Shown one piece after another: positions 23,691-37,139 of a stretch of DNA of 64,000 nt. Within the stretch, counting starts at the first letter, position 1. Every line of letters starts with the position of its first letter. Where the stretch lies: NCBI RefSeq assembly GCF_018350175.1, contig NC_058368.1, positions 7,316,001 to 7,380,000 of the forward strand, written 5' to 3'. The DNA is from Felis catus. Taxonomy: Eukaryota. The position numbers and the translations under genes were made by a program. The notes beneath the pieces were generated by a model that saw only the letters and a list, made by a program, of their open reading frames with translations, was not told the origin of the DNA and did no database searches.

Positions 23691-25562
23691 GCTTCTACCT
23701 GTGTCCAAGGAAGGTGCTCTGCCCCATTCTGTAACTAAGGAAACAGGACAGGGTAAACAGTTTGCCCCGCTCACGGTCACGGATCTGGGAAGGGGCCGAG
23801 AGGCTGTCTGAAGCCAGGACTGTCTGAATCTACAAACCTACATTCTTTTCCTGTACGTTATGCCAAACCCTATCTGAACTCAGCTCTCTCCAAACACCGG
23901 ACTGGGATGTCTGGGTGTGTAATGGGCCAAGGAGTCCCAACTTGAGAGCCTGAAGAGCTTAAATAAGTCACGCATTTGATTGGTTAAAGGGGACTCCTGG
24001 CGGCCTGAATGCCCAAGCCCCACCCAAGGAACACGTGTCCTGGGCCAGTGTTTACTGCAGGCCGGCCGAACCGTCTAATCCACGAGGAAAACTTAGTTCT
24101 CTGGTTAAATGGTTACATGGCAGCTGACGGGAATATCGAAGGGGAATTACACTCCCACGTGAAGCAAAGATTTTAGGTTATTTCATATCCAGCCCCTCCT
24201 TTTTTCCATCCACAAGAATAGCAAGACTTGGGAGTTAAGAAATCTTAAGCTTCAAGGCCTCTTTGGTACCTTACATAACACCCCATCACCCAGGGAGCGT
24301 GTGCTCCCCACCTCCCCCACCTCGGAAAGGCGGGTCCGCAGGTCTTGGAATAAGCCCCGCCCTCATCGGAGAAGGCTAGTTTGCAGAACGTTCTGTTTTG
24401 AAAAGGCTGCTAAGAGGCGTGCACTCACGCACACGGGGACACGGAAAGAAGTGAATTGTTTAATTACTATTAATATTTAATTATTTAATACTTATTTTAT
24501 AATGTAAATTATTTAATCTACATTAAAACCGCCAACACGACACAGTACGCAGAATTCAGGGGAATTTTATAACTAAGTCGTTTCTATTTGGGTCACCACG
24601 CTATCAATCTCAGTAGAAGGCCCTGGGCATTATCATGAAAAGGCCAATAATAAACAGATTTGGGTGCATTGTCAATAGTTTATTACTTGAGCTATTTGTC
24701 CCATCCGTCTAGCCCTGTAGCTCTCACCTTTGGTTTTCGTAACACGAAAATTCCCTGTGTGCAACATGAACCCTATAAATATACCTTATGAACTACCCAA
24801 GAAACATCTTTCTCCATCAGCCAGATGGATAGCTCGCCCTCAGCGCTTGTCCGCCATCCTTCGTAAATGGTTTTTTTCTCATTCGCTCCCCAGGCGTGTG
24901 GTTCCTTCGAGATGAACTAGTATATACCGCCCAGTTACAAGCCTCTATGTACTCCCAAGTTACAGGCCTGTCAGTCGGGGAGGATAGTCTTTCAAAGGTC
25001 AGTGCGGATTTTCAAACAAAAAACTGCAAGCCTGGTTTTTAATCCTATATCCTACGCGGAGAGCAAGCCGTCCATTTGCTCGCTCACTCACTCTGTCGGT
25101 AAGAAAGCGAAGCAAATGGGACCAGCACACGCTGGGCCCAGATTGGAGCAATTTAACTCCTGGCCTCAAAGTCTTCTATAAGCCATGGTCGTATCCACCA
25201 CATTTAAAGGTAGAGGGCATTCCTGAAGCTCACTGTTTGCTTCTCCAAATTTGTCTGGCCCTGCCCGCAGGCATACCAATTTTCTACATTTGGGAAGCGG
25301 TCCGTGGTGGTTCATTAGCACAAAAACAGCACAAAAGCTTTCAGTTTCAATGTTTTTTTAAAGTCAAAGTTTTCACTGTGACAAGTTCTAAAAATACGTA
25401 GGTGGCTAGTGAACCTCAAAACTATGTGTGTGAATCTCAACAGAAGCACAGAAGACAATACGTCATATATGGCCAGATCATGTAAAACTAAAAACACACT
25501 AAAAATATGCTTTAAAAAAGTTATCAATAGATGAAATGTTCACAGAAAATACAAACATCCAG

Positions 25563-25763
25563 AGGCGCCTGGGCAGCTCCGTCGGGTAAGCATCTGACTA
25601 TTGATGTCCGCTCACGTCGTAGTCTCATGGTCCGTGAGATCGAGCCCCACGCTGGGCTCTGCGCTGACAGCTTTGGATTCTCTCTCTCTCCCTCTCTCTC
25701 TTCCCCTCCTCTGCTGTCTCTCTCTCTCTCTCTCGAAAATAAATAAATGAACATTTTTTCAGA
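25563..25763 (+). mobile_element. CAN SINE
   Basis: 19-bp TSD agaaaatacaaacatccag at 25544 and 25764. Confidence 0.9.
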
Positions 25764-26419
25764 AGAAAATACAAACATCCAGTAAGCACATGAAAAATGT
25801 TCAACTCACCAATAAATTAAAAAATGCAAATTAAAATGATTTTTTTCTTTTTCAAAATAGCTGGGCTTTTTAAAAAGTAATTCTGCTAACCAGAGTATGT
25901 TGATACAAATACTCTCGAAAAACAATTAGCAAGAGGGTAAAATGACTCCGTATTTCCAGGACACACTGAAATGGTCTTCCTTGACAAAGAAATGCTGCTT
26001 CTAAAAGCTACATACTGAGATTTCCATCCAATTGAGTATGTATCTTTATCTAGGTATTTGCTGAAACTATCCTCAATTAGTTGTCTTTTTGTTCTTGCCT
26101 TTGTTTTAATAACACTGTTATAGAACCATATTGACAAACATAGCAATAATATCAATGTAAAAAATGTAGGTAACAAAGCTCTTTCCTTACATGTTAATTA
26201 CATTCATTTTCCCATGTTGCCTTGTAGTCAGTCCCGTCCATTCGTTATAAGGTTGGGATGTTCTTTTGCAGGATGGGGTACCTGCTGTGAATTAGTGACC
26301 AATGAATTACTCTTTCTCTCATAAGAGGTCTGGAAACCAAAAGGTCTGGAAACCACTAGGAAGATGTGGCAAACCTCGAAGTTAAAACGAATGATTCACT
26401 CTCAGAAACGGGTGTTCCC

Positions 26420-26700
26420 CATCCCTAAATCTCTGAGTTCCACAGCTCTGTTTTAGTACCCAGGGGAGAATCAGTACGACCAGGGGTCATAATAGTGGTT
26501 CCGCTGAATCGGAAGTTAAGACGGCCCTATGCGAGGTCTGCCTCTTCTTAGCTGGAACCGCTGAACTGGGACTTTGATCATGACTATGAAAAGGAAACTG
26601 ACATCATATCTTGGGAACTGGAGGAAGCTGAAGAGAAATCCTGGTACACCTCTGTGCACGATCATGGTTAGGCATAAAGGTTGGTGGAAGGTGACTGAAG
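26420..26700 (+). mobile_element. ERVL/MaLR internal fragment
   Basis: ttagtacccaggggaga...ggttccgctgaatcggaagttaagac resembles ERVL internal sequence and is paralogous to ~36260-36400. Confidence 0.5.
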
Positions 26701-27599
26701 CTTTAAACAGCCATGGCCAGATAGGCCAGACACACGCCTAGTCCGTATGACACACGCCTCTGTGTGAGTGAGAACATGGCATCGCTAACGTCTGTGACTT
26801 TGTGTATTGGCGAGCTGAGTGCAAGCTGGATCTTGGCGCCATTCACACCCTCCACTGGGAGCCGCTGTGGTGACATCACCCACCAGATGAAGAATCAAAG
26901 ATTATTCCTTGCATTTTCTGTCTCTTTCTTCTTCCTTTCCCTCTTACGATTGAATATAATGTCTTGGTTCTCGATGTGATTTATCCTTGAGTCTACAGCA
27001 GTGAGTGAACACTGAGACAGGGCAGGAAGTAAAGCAAAATGGGCTGGAGATCCTGGAGCCCTCTGGCCCTACGACCTCACTTCCAGAAGCAGTGACTGGG
27101 GGTGACACTGCTGGTTCTCCCACCAGTGAAGAAGAGAGTTTGTTTGTAGGACAGTTACACCGGGAGAGACTGGGACACTTTGGGAACGGTGAATGTATGC
27201 ACAACCCAGGGGAGGACCGAAAGGACTTTCTCTGCCCATCACTTCCCCCAGTCCTCGCTTTGTGACAGATTCTACCCCAGCCACAGGGGTGGGCATATGA
27301 GCAATGCTGGGCCAATCAGACAAACTACTTCAACTCTGAAGCCAGAAAGGATTCATCCATGTGTGGCTGGAGTGTTGCAGGAGTTCCTATGACCAGCAGA
27401 GAGAGCTTTTTATGAGGCCAGAAAGTGGCGGGGGGAGGGGGCGGGGGGGGGATGGTGAATAAAAGAAGAGGGGCGGGACAGCAGGAGTAGGAGCACTGGC
27501 AGTCTAAGGCACTTGCTTCTGAATCTTACCTAAGCCTTCAAGACCTGCTTGAACTTGACCCCCATATTAACACTTTTGAAACTCGGGTGTTGCTTCACA

Positions 27600-28070
27600 T
27601 GCCCAAATGTTTGACCTTGGGATGACATCCAGTTCATAACGGGCAGTTCAGGTCATATCGTCACTTGGGATTATAGGAGCAGTGTTTTGTCTCTACCCAG
27701 ACCCAGCTGCAATCTGGAAGCCTTTTCTCAATAGGAGGGTAGCTATTTGCCCAGTGTGGCTCTTCTCCTAAACACTGTGACCTGAACTATAATCCTCCCA
27801 TTTGAGTTTGCCCCAGGCTTCACAGAGCATCTCCATTTGCTACAGACACACTGAATATCATTGGATTTGCTAGATCGTAAGGCCTGAGGATAATCCACAC
27901 TGCAGCCTGAAACAGCTAGGAAGCCTTCTCTTGCTGTTGGTACCACTCAGACTTGCTAGCTTTACAGATTTCTCAATGAGTGGATAGAGAAGCACACTCA
28001 AATATGGTGGAGTAGGGCACTACGTAATTTCTTGTTCCAAGGCTAGGCACCTCTACATGAAAGGGGTGCT
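27600..28070 (-). mobile_element. ERVL pol remnant
   Basis: cagttcataacgggcagttcaggtcat, cattggatttgctagatcgtaaggcc and agccttctcttgct...ccactca match recalled HERVL-type pol on the - strand. Confidence 0.7.
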
Positions 28071-28175
28071 ATTGAAAATTACATCAAGGCAGCAGGCGTA
28101 AATTTGGATTGTTCCAGGCAAATAAGTCACTCTAGATAGATCTTGCCTCCATGACTCAAAGAAGCCCACAAAGCA

Positions 28176-28344
28176 TTTTTTTAATGTTTTATTTATTTTT
28201 AAGACAGAGAGACAGAGCATGAGCAGGGGAGGGGCAGAGAGAGAGGGAGACACAGAGTCCGAAGCCAGCTCCAGGCTCCGAGCTGTCAGCACAGAGCCCG
28301 ACGTGGGGCTCGAACTCGCGAACTGTGAGGTCACGACCCGAGCC
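28176..28344 (-). mobile_element. 5'-truncated CAN SINE
   Basis: Body and tail present, head missing. Confidence 0.9.
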
Positions 28345-28772
28345 CTAAACTAAATGGTGCTCTGAATCCACCACAGTTTAAAGACAAGACTCAAAAGGGT
28401 CAAATTGTTTCCAAGCAAATTAATAGCATTCCAGGACAAAGTTCAAGAATGATTATAGGAATACAAAGATAAATAGCACCACCAGGCAAAATTCACAATG
28501 TCTGGCACCAAAGAAAAAATCAACAGACATCCAAAGAAGCGGAAAAATACAAGTCGTTATGAGGAGAAAAATGAACCAACAGTAAATGACCTAGAGATGT
28601 CAGAGGTGATAGAATGTAGCTAAGGACAGTAAATATTATTCCATATGTTCATGAAGCTGTAGGAAAGACTGAACATGTGAGAAAAATTATTGAAAAGGGA
28701 CAGAGCATCATTCAGCTCTGAGATAAATTCAAGTGGCCAAATACACTTGTATTTAAAATTCTCAAAGATGCT

Positions 28773-28995
28773 GGGGCACCTGGGTGGCTCAGTTGGTTGA
28801 GCGTCCGACTTCGGCTCAGGTCATGATCTCGCAGTTCGTGGGCTCGAGTGCCGCGTCGGCCGGGCTCTGTGCTGACAGCTCGGAGCCTGGAGCCTGCTTC
28901 CGATCCTGTGTCTCCCTCTCTCTCTCTGCCCCTCCCCTGCTCACACTCTGTCTCTGTCTCTCTCTCAAAAATAAATAAACATTAAAAAAAATGTT
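28773..28995 (+). mobile_element. Feline CAN SINE
   Basis: Full element. Confidence 0.95.
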
Positions 28996-30260
28996 AATCC
29001 TCAAAGACGGTGATGGATAGAGAAAAATATATGAAGACATACTGTCCACAAAATTTCCAAATATAATGAAAATTATAAACACATGGACATAAGACATTCA
29101 ATGAACTCGAAGCATTAAAAAAAAGGGGGGGGGGGGGAAGAAAACCACCCCAAAGCACATCAAAATCAAACTGCTTTAAACCAATGATGAAGACGTAATG
29201 TCAAAAGCAGCCCCTCCCGCAAAAGACACAGTACATTCAGGGAAGCACATATAAAGTTCAAAGCCTATCTCATCCAGAAACAAAGCCAGAAGGCAGCAAA
29301 ACATCTTTGAAATATAGAGAAAAAACAACAACAACAACAACAACAATCGTCAACCTAGAATTCTTTACCCAGCTAAAATATCTTTCAAAAATGAAAGATC
29401 CTTGCCAATACCCTCATCCTCTTGTCCTCAGGGAACCACCAGCTATGACCTTCTTTGCACACTGGGTCGTCCAGAGAGAGAGTTTCGCAAGCATGGAGTC
29501 AGAGGCCCCTGCCACAGCTGTCATCTCCATGAGTCCCTTTTGAGCCCATGTAAGAGAAAAGAACTGAGCAGCGTCAGGATGAGGCACTGTGGTTTCGATT
29601 CTTTTACACACTTTTGGCACTTTTTTGTTACAATAGTTATACACGGTTTATATTTTAGGAGAGTGCACAAAAAGAAAAGAAAGGCATAAATTATGCTCTC
29701 CCCTTACTCTTACTTAATGGTGAAAGTCTGAATGCTCTCCTCAGTAAGATCAAGGATGCCTCTTTCACTCCGACTATTCAACAGTATCCTGGAGGGCCTA
29801 GCCAAGTGCAATAACTCAAGAAAAAATAAATAGCATTCGGATTGGAATGGAAGTATGAAAACTTTCTTGATTTTTCAACTGACATGCTTTTCTACATAGA
29901 AAACCCTAGAGTGTCTATAAAGAGCTACCAGAACCATTAAGCAAGTGTAGCAAGGAGGCAGGATATAAAATGAGTATACAAAAATTAATTATATTCTTAA
30001 TACTCGCAACAATCAAAAATAAAATTTTTAAAAATTTAAAAGCCATCAAAAAAGAAATAAAACGAGAGGGATAAATCTGACAAAAGATGTGCAATATCTG
30101 TACACTGAAATATTCAAAACATAGCTGAGAGAAATTAAAGATCTAAATAAGTGGAGATATGTTCATGAATTGGAAGATTCAATATTTTTTAGATATATAC
30201 TCCCAAAATGTGTTATATAAATCCAATGCAATTCCAATTAAAAAAAAAAAAAACAACTAA

Positions 30261-30383
30261 GGGCACCTGGGTGGCTCAGTCGGTTAAGTGTCCAACTCTC
30301 AGTTTCGGCTCAGGTCATGGTCTTACAGTTCATGGGTTTGAGCCCCACATCGGGTTCTATACTGACAACATGGAGCCTGCTTG

Positions 30384-30421
<38 letters not shown>

Positions 30422-30490
30422 CCTCCCCAGCTCATGCTGTCTCTGTCTCTCTCAAAATAAATAAATAAAAACTTTTAAAAATTATTTTAA
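30261..30490 (+). mobile_element. CAN SINE
   Basis: Full element. Confidence 0.92.
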
Positions 30491-31184
30491 AAAGCTAGCA
30501 GGATTTCCCCAGTGAAAATTATTTAATAAATAACTAAAGTCTCTAGAAGTGGTCGAAGGGCACAACAGCAAGTAAAGAAACATTTTTTTAATCCACAAAA
30601 ATTTGTTAAGACCAGTGAGAGCTTATCAAGCTCTGAATCAAGACCACTGAATCAAGACCACTCCCTTCCTCCTCCTTCCCAGCTCAGAAAGATAGAAACT
30701 CTACTCCAGACTGGTGCAGACAAGAACACAGGGCTTACTTTGCCCCCAGCTCCCAGCCAATAAGCTATTTTCCCAGGAGGAATAGAACGGCAGCATTTCC
30801 AGCCTGTCCCAGCTACCTGTTGCTGAGACTAAGTTCTGAGCTAGTTGCCTGAGAGGCTGGGCTCCCTTCTCCTGCCCAGTCCCCTCCCACTGGTGGCACA
30901 GAGGCTCCACCTTGGGCATGTCACCACTGAAAATTCTAGGTTCGTGACTGCCCTTGCCCTGGTTCACAAGGCTGTGGTTCCATGCCAGGAAAGGCAAGCC
31001 AAGAAGATTTGAGGCCACTGTCCCCCCTCTACCTCATGCTCAGCTCCTAAAGTGGGAGTGGCATTCAGAGAGAAGTATACCAATGTCCCCACCCTAGCTC
31101 CACAGTCCTGACTCAGAGATTTTGCCTAGAAGAAGAAGCAGGCCATAAAATAACTCCTCATCTCTTCCCACAGAAACTGATCTC

Positions 31185-31323
31185 GGGGTGCCTGCGTGGT
31201 TCAGTGGGTTAAGCCCTCAACTCTCGATCTCAGCTTGGGTCTTCATCTCAGCGCCGTGAGTTCAAGTCTTACATTCAGTTCTGCGCTGGGTGTGAAGCCA
31301 GCTTTTTAAAAAGAAAGAAAGAA
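31185..31323 (+). mobile_element. Short CAN SINE lacking (CT)n
   Basis: tRNA-like head, (AAAG)n tail and TSD agaaactga. Confidence 0.8.
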
Positions 31324-31730
31324 AGAAACTGACTTCATTTGCAGCGAAATATGGAGAAGTTCAAGGCTTAAGGTGCACTCAAAAATGGTGGATGTTGTGT
31401 TGAAAGGAAATTGGAAATACACTGTTAGATTTGTTGCACATACGGGCTAAACTGAAGACTGCTGGTTTGCAGGAAAGAACCCCAGGGACAAGACAGCTGG
31501 GAGGAGCCCTTTTACTTTATCGAACACTGATTTCAGGAAGTATTCCTTCAAAGAAGCTGGAATTTGGTTGGTTTTGTCTGTGGAACAATTTATGTCCCAG
31601 AACATTGTTGAAAACAGTAGAATAATTATCCAACAATTTGTGGAACTTACCAGCTGAGTATGGTCAGGGGGAGAGACTCCCTGGCAAACCACTGTCATCC
31701 CAGGCTGCACACCAACATCGGAAGTTGAAC

Positions 31731-31732
<2 letters not shown>

Positions 31733-31769
<37 letters not shown>
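31733..31769. repeat. (TG)n microsatellite
   Basis: Direct reading. Confidence 0.97.
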
Positions 31770-31770
<1 letters not shown>

Positions 31771-32395
31771 GGTGAACAGACATCACTAAAGTAAAAGCTA
31801 GTCACTAAACAAATAAGCAAGCAAAATAACAATAACCAGCACTGAGTGGCAAGGGTGGGGGTGACCGGAACCCAGAATTGCTATTATAAATTATCTAAAA
31901 TGTCCCCTTTCCAACAAAAAAAAGTATGAGCCATACAGAGAAAGAGGAGAATATGACTCATACACTGGGATAGACGCAGGCAACAGAAACTGCCCTTGAG
32001 AGTGACCAGATATTGGATTTAACAGACAAAGACTTCAAAGTAGCTATTATAAATATGTTCAGAGAACTCAAGGAAACCGTGGTTTACAAAATAAAGGAGT
32101 TTTTATAAAGGAATTGTGACAATGTCACATCAAAGAGTCTCGATAAAGAAATAAATTACTTTCAAGGACTCAGATAAAAATTCTGGACTTGAAAAGTATA
32201 ATAACTGAAGTGAAAAATATGCTAGAGGATCTCAACTTCTTGCAGAAGGAAATATTAACAAACTCGAAGATAGGTTGATTAGAGATTATGCAATCCAAAG
32301 CACAGAGAGAAAAAAGAATGAAGAAAAATGAGTAGAGCCTCAGAGAAAGGTAGGATAGCGTGAAGCGGATCAATAAACATGTAATAGAAACACCA

Positions 32396-32636
32396 TCCTG
32401 AGAAACTTAACAGAAACCCATGGGGGAGGGGAAGGAAAACAAAAAAAGAGGTTAGAGCGGGAGAGAACCAAAGCATAAGAGACTCTTAAAAACTGAGAAC
32501 AAACTGAGGGTTGACGGGGCGTGGGAGGGAGGGGAGGGGAGGTGATGGGCATTGAAGAGGGCATCTTTTGGGATGAGCACTGGGTGTTGTATGGAAACCA
32601 ATTTGACAATAAATTTCATATATTAAAAAAAAAAAA
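32396..32636 (+). mobile_element. Young 5'-truncated feline L1 3' UTR insertion
   Basis: Same 3' UTR family as 180-360, with intact AATAAA and poly-A, and TSD agaaacacca at 32386 and 32637. Confidence 0.92.
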
Positions 32637-33273
32637 AGAAACACCAGAAGAAGAGAAGAGAGAGAAAGGAAAAGAAAAACAATATTTAAAGAAGTAATGG
32701 TTGAAAACTTCCTAATTTATTGACAAACAATAACCTACACATCCTGGAAGCTCAACAAATTCCAAGTAGGATAAACACAAAGAGATCCATAAACAGACAG
32801 TAAAAATACAGAAAGCTTAAATACAAGAGAGAATCTTGAAAGTGGCAACAGAAAAACAACTCGTCACTTATAAGAAACCCCAATAAGATTAATTTACTCC
32901 TCTTCAAAAGCAATGGAAGCCAGAAGGCAGTGGGCTAACATATTCAAAGGGCAAGGAAAAAATAACTGTTCATCAAGAATCCTATATGTAGCAAAGCCAT
33001 CTTTCAAAAATGAAGGCAAAATAAAGACATTACCAGATAAACAAAAAGTGAGAGAATTTGTTGCTCACAGACTCAACTGACAAGAAATACGAAAGGGAAG
33101 TTTTTCAGGCTGAGAGTAAGTGACCCCAGATGGCAATTCAAATCTCATGAACAAACCAAGGGCACCGGTAAACGCAATTTATGTAATCACGAAAGGCAGT
33201 AAAAGCGCCTATTTCTTCTCCTGTCTCCTCTTAACTTACTTGAAAAACAATTGTATAAAACAATGTGTATATA

Positions 33274-33492
33274 GGGGCGCCTGGGTGGCTCAGCCGGTTA
33301 AGTGTCTGACTTCAGCTCAGGTCATGATCTCGTGGTCCGTGAATTCGAGCCCCTCGTCGGGCTCTGTGCTGACAGCTCAGAGCCTGGAGCCTGCTTCAGA
33401 CACGTGTCTCCCTCTGTCTCTGCTCCTCCCCTGCTCATGCTCTGTCTCTCTCTCTGTCAAAAATAAATAAGCATTAAAAATTTAAAAAAAAA
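33274..33492 (+). mobile_element. Feline CAN SINE
   Basis: Full element. Confidence 0.95.
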
Positions 33493-34181
33493 CCAATGTA
33501 TATGTAATGTATTGTTGGGACCATAACATATAGAAATATAGTAATTTTGCCAACAACAGCACGGAGGAGATAGGTGGAGGCAAAGCTGTATTGTACTAAA
33601 AAATGCCTCCAGATGATAACTTGAATCCATAAGAACACATGAGAAGAACCAGAAATAGTACATAAGGATGTTAATATAACAAAAGCATAAATATATACTT
33701 GTTTTCCTTTCTTCTCTCAGCTCTTTAAAAGTCATAAATATATAAAGTAATAACAACAGGTCTGTAACGCTCATGGATGTAATATTTATACAAAAATACC
33801 ACAAAAGGGGGGAAAAGAGACAGACCTGATTCTCACTGGAATTAAGTTAGTAAAACTCTCAATTGATTCTGTTCAATTAAGGTGTATATGGTAAGCCCTA
33901 AAGCAACTACAAAGGAAAATCTTGAAAAATACAGTGAACAAAAATCACTAAAGAAATTAAAAACAGATTCAGTGGAGAACGAGTCTTTTCAACGACTAGG
34001 TCTGATGTGAAACAATTCGATGTCAGCACATTAAGAAATCTGAAATTAAAAATATCGACCCTACCCAATGTTAGTGAGGATGTGGCATAATTGTAGCTCC
34101 CACACGTCGATCGCGGGGCTGTAAAATTGTACAACTGCTCTGCAAAACAGTTTGATGTGTTCTTAAGAAGTTAAACATGCA

Positions 34182-34224
34182 GTATGGAAACCAATTTGAC
34201 AATAAATTTCAAAAAAAAAAAAAA
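34182..34224 (+). mobile_element. Ultra-short L1 3'-end insertion
   Basis: First 30 nt identical to 32589-32618, then poly-A, with TSD aagaagttaaacat at 34165 and 34225. Confidence 0.88.
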
Positions 34225-34929
34225 AAGAAGTTAAACATACACTAACCGTACGATCCAGTCATCCCATCCCTGGGTATCCTACCCAAGAGAAATGAAGTCA
34301 TATGTTCATACCAAGACCTATTCATGAATATTCCTAGCAGCTCTGTTTGCTGTAAGCAAAAAGCGGAAACAGCCCAAATGTGTATCAATAACAGATGACA
34401 ATGAACAGATGACCAAATTATGCTATGTCTATACAATGAAGTACTACTCAGCAATTAAGTCAATATTGATTCATGTAAAAACATGAATCACATGGGTGCA
34501 TATGAATGTGGACGAATCAAAATATTATGCTAAGTCAAAGAAGTCAGATCAAAAATGGGTACGTAGTTCCTGCTTCCATTTATATAAAATTATAGAAAAT
34601 GTAAATACCTACAGTATTACTTTGATTGTCACGCAAAATTTTCTAACGAGCAGTAAAAGTCATATTGAAGAAAAATCTGGGCATCTCCGTCCTTAGAATA
34701 CTTTGTTAGAAAAATTTGCGTACAGGAGACATCAAAGGGAGTAGCTTGGTATCTATCACCTCACATTAGTTTTTTCCCCAATAACGCTTTTAAATAGCTA
34801 TATTGAGGTACAGTTGACCTACAACAAACTTTCCATACTTCAAAGGGAATAAACTATCGATACTTGAAACAATCTAGAACGTTATCCATAGTCTTTGAAG
34901 ACACGTTTCCATTAATGCTTTGGACGCGA

Positions 34930-35650
34930 TGGTTATTACCATGGATGGATGGTGTTGGGGACAGAACAGTAAATGAAACAGATATAATCCGTGTTCTCAT
35001 AAAGTGTACATTCTAGCAAAGAGAAACAGTCTGTAAATAAATCGACAAAAACAAAGCAATGTCAGATAATTATGTTTTTTTTTAATGCAATAAATCCAAG
35101 TAGAAGTTAAAGCATCGGGATGTGTAAGGGTTATTTTTAGAAAGAGTGATCAGGGAAAACCTTTGTGGCATGTTTGTTAAGATGTGATTGTGCAGAAGTG
35201 AAGATCTGGAAGAAAAGAGTTCCAGGCAGGGGTAACAGCAAGGGAAAATACCCTGAGGTGTTTGTATTATACTCCTAGAGTACAGAAACCATTGAAGGTG
35301 TTAAACAGGAGAGTTGTTTGCAGATTAAAAGTCTACTCTTTTGTCAAGTGGGAAATGGAGGGGAAACGGAGACCAGGAAGGAGGTTATCAAAGGTTAGAG
35401 GTATAGTGATTCTGGCATTGTGATAACAGTGGATATGGGCAGAATGTGATTTAGAAGAACTAAATTTTCTGATATAAGATATGAGATGGGAAAAAAAAAA
35501 AAAAGAATCAAGAATGATTTCTAGGATTTTGACCTGAGCATTAGGTGAGCGGTGGTGCCATTTGCCGAGATCCGGGAAGACTAGAACAGAAAAGAGTTTG
35601 GGGTTGACAATAGCTAGGTTTCAGAAATGTTAAGTTTGAGATTTATGTTA
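34930..35650 (-). mobile_element. L2 fragment
   Basis: Reverse complement of L2 3' motifs (ggggacagaacagtaaatgaaacaga, ggtggtgccatttgccgaga). Confidence 0.7.
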
Positions 35651-35804
35651 AGATCAGTTTCCCCAAGGTCAGGTTTTCCTGCATCTATCTTTTCACTGGT
35701 TACTTCTACAAACACATTAATCTCTGCTCTATCTTGAAAGTCTGGGGAGAGTCCCTGCTGTTTGGCTAAAGTGCATACAAGGGTTTTTTTGTTTGGTTGG
35801 TTGA

Positions 35805-36025
35805 TCTTTTTTATTTTTTTTTTTAATGTTTATTTATTTTTGAGACAGAGAGACAGAGCATGAACAGGGGAGGGGCAGAGAGAGAGGGAGACACAGAATC
35901 GGAAGCAGCCTCCAGGCTCTGAGCCATCAACCCAGAGCCCGACATGGGGCTCGAACTCACAGACCGCGAGATCATGACCTGAGCTGAAGTCGGACGCTTA
36001 ACCGACTGAGCCACCCAGGCGCCCC
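35805..36025 (-). mobile_element. Feline CAN SINE
   Basis: Full element with TSD gttgatcttttt. Confidence 0.95.
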
Positions 36026-36039
36026 GGTTGATCTTTTTT

Positions 36040-37139
36040 AAAGTCATAAATGGGAACTACGGTTTCATGTATGGAGCCCATTGAGTAACAATGCCCTGAA
36101 AGTGTGGGAGTCTATTTTACAGAATGCAGTTTATGCTTCCAATCGGAGACCATCACATGATGCTATATCCCCCAGAGCCCGCCTGCACAGATCTGAGAGT
36201 CAAGGGTTGGAGTGAGACTGGATCCTCTCACTATAGCCTCCTCACAGAATTTTTGCTCCCTGGCAACTTTGAGCTGTGCTGGTTTGCAGATCCTAGTTCC
36301 CGAGGGGGGCCAAGAGGAAGCGGGGACTTGCTTCCACTAGCGAACGCAACAATGGTTCCACAATTGGAAGATGAAAATGCCCCCAGAGAATTGTGCGATT
36401 CTTTTGCCAACGAACCCAAGAGCATAAAAGGAGAATGGGAAAGGTGTGAGCCTGCCGGTTGGAGTGACTGGTTCCGATCACCGATCAGAAAGTGCAGGCA
36501 CGTGTGGGGTTCCAACCCCATGGACTCTGTAGCACCTTTTAGTACTTCCATGCCCAATGGTTATGGTTAAGAAGGTTAATGGAACGCCACAGCCGCCATA
36601 GAGACAGCATGGTTGAGAACCCAAACCTTCCCGACACGATGATTTGGGTGATTAGGCCAGGTAAAGAACGTGGAACTGGTGAGGTTCTACCTGAAAGCAA
36701 GAGCAATATAGAACAAAGAAGGAAACCATAGACACCAACTGCAGCTTCGTGACTGATTACAGAGAAGAAGGTCCAGCAATTTTGTGCATTTTCTTGTTAC
36801 GTGCACATGTTAATTTATAGGTACTCACCTATCTGTTCTCTCTCCTTCTTCCCATTTTCATTTATATACGAGTTCTTGGAGGTTACGTAGTCTTTAGGTA
36901 GCACAATATTTAGTGGGACCGCAAATGAATTGGGGCAGAAGTCAATACAGCCAGAGGTGGATACCATGACATTGGGCCTGTGCATCTTCTTATTCAGGGT
37001 GAGGGTAAAAATGTCTTCCCTTGTAAGAGAACAGCCATGCCTTGACAGGTAGAAATAGCAAATCGGTTTGTTGTCATGAGAAAGTTTAAGTATGTGTAGT
37101 CTAGCGCGTAACGAAGCTGGTGAGTCAGAGGTGGGCGGT
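36040..37139 (+). mobile_element. ERVL internal 3' region ending in a purine-rich tract
   Basis: ERVL-like motifs (acagaatttttgctccc, caatggttccacaattggaagatga), with agaggtgggcgg immediately before the LTR start. Confidence 0.6.

Larger units (their letters stand above)
28370..34610 (+). mobile_element. Composite of old L1M fragments (5' region, ORF1-like, ORF2 pieces, 3' end) with younger insertions
   Basis: A-rich sequence with L1 motifs (gacaaagacttcaaagtagctattataaatatgttc, gaagctcaacaaattccaagtaggataaa, gaagtactactcagcaa). The internal structure is only roughly resolved. Confidence 0.75.

Noticed and set aside
26326..30662. Tiny 11-14 bp local duplications (aggtctggaaacca near 26326, gacacacgcct near 26729, tgaatcaagaccac near 30634)
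   Set aside because: Ordinary slippage-scale duplications with no array structure.
36124..36570. 148-aa ORF
   Set aside because: Lies in degraded ERVL internal sequence with no intact retroviral domain.
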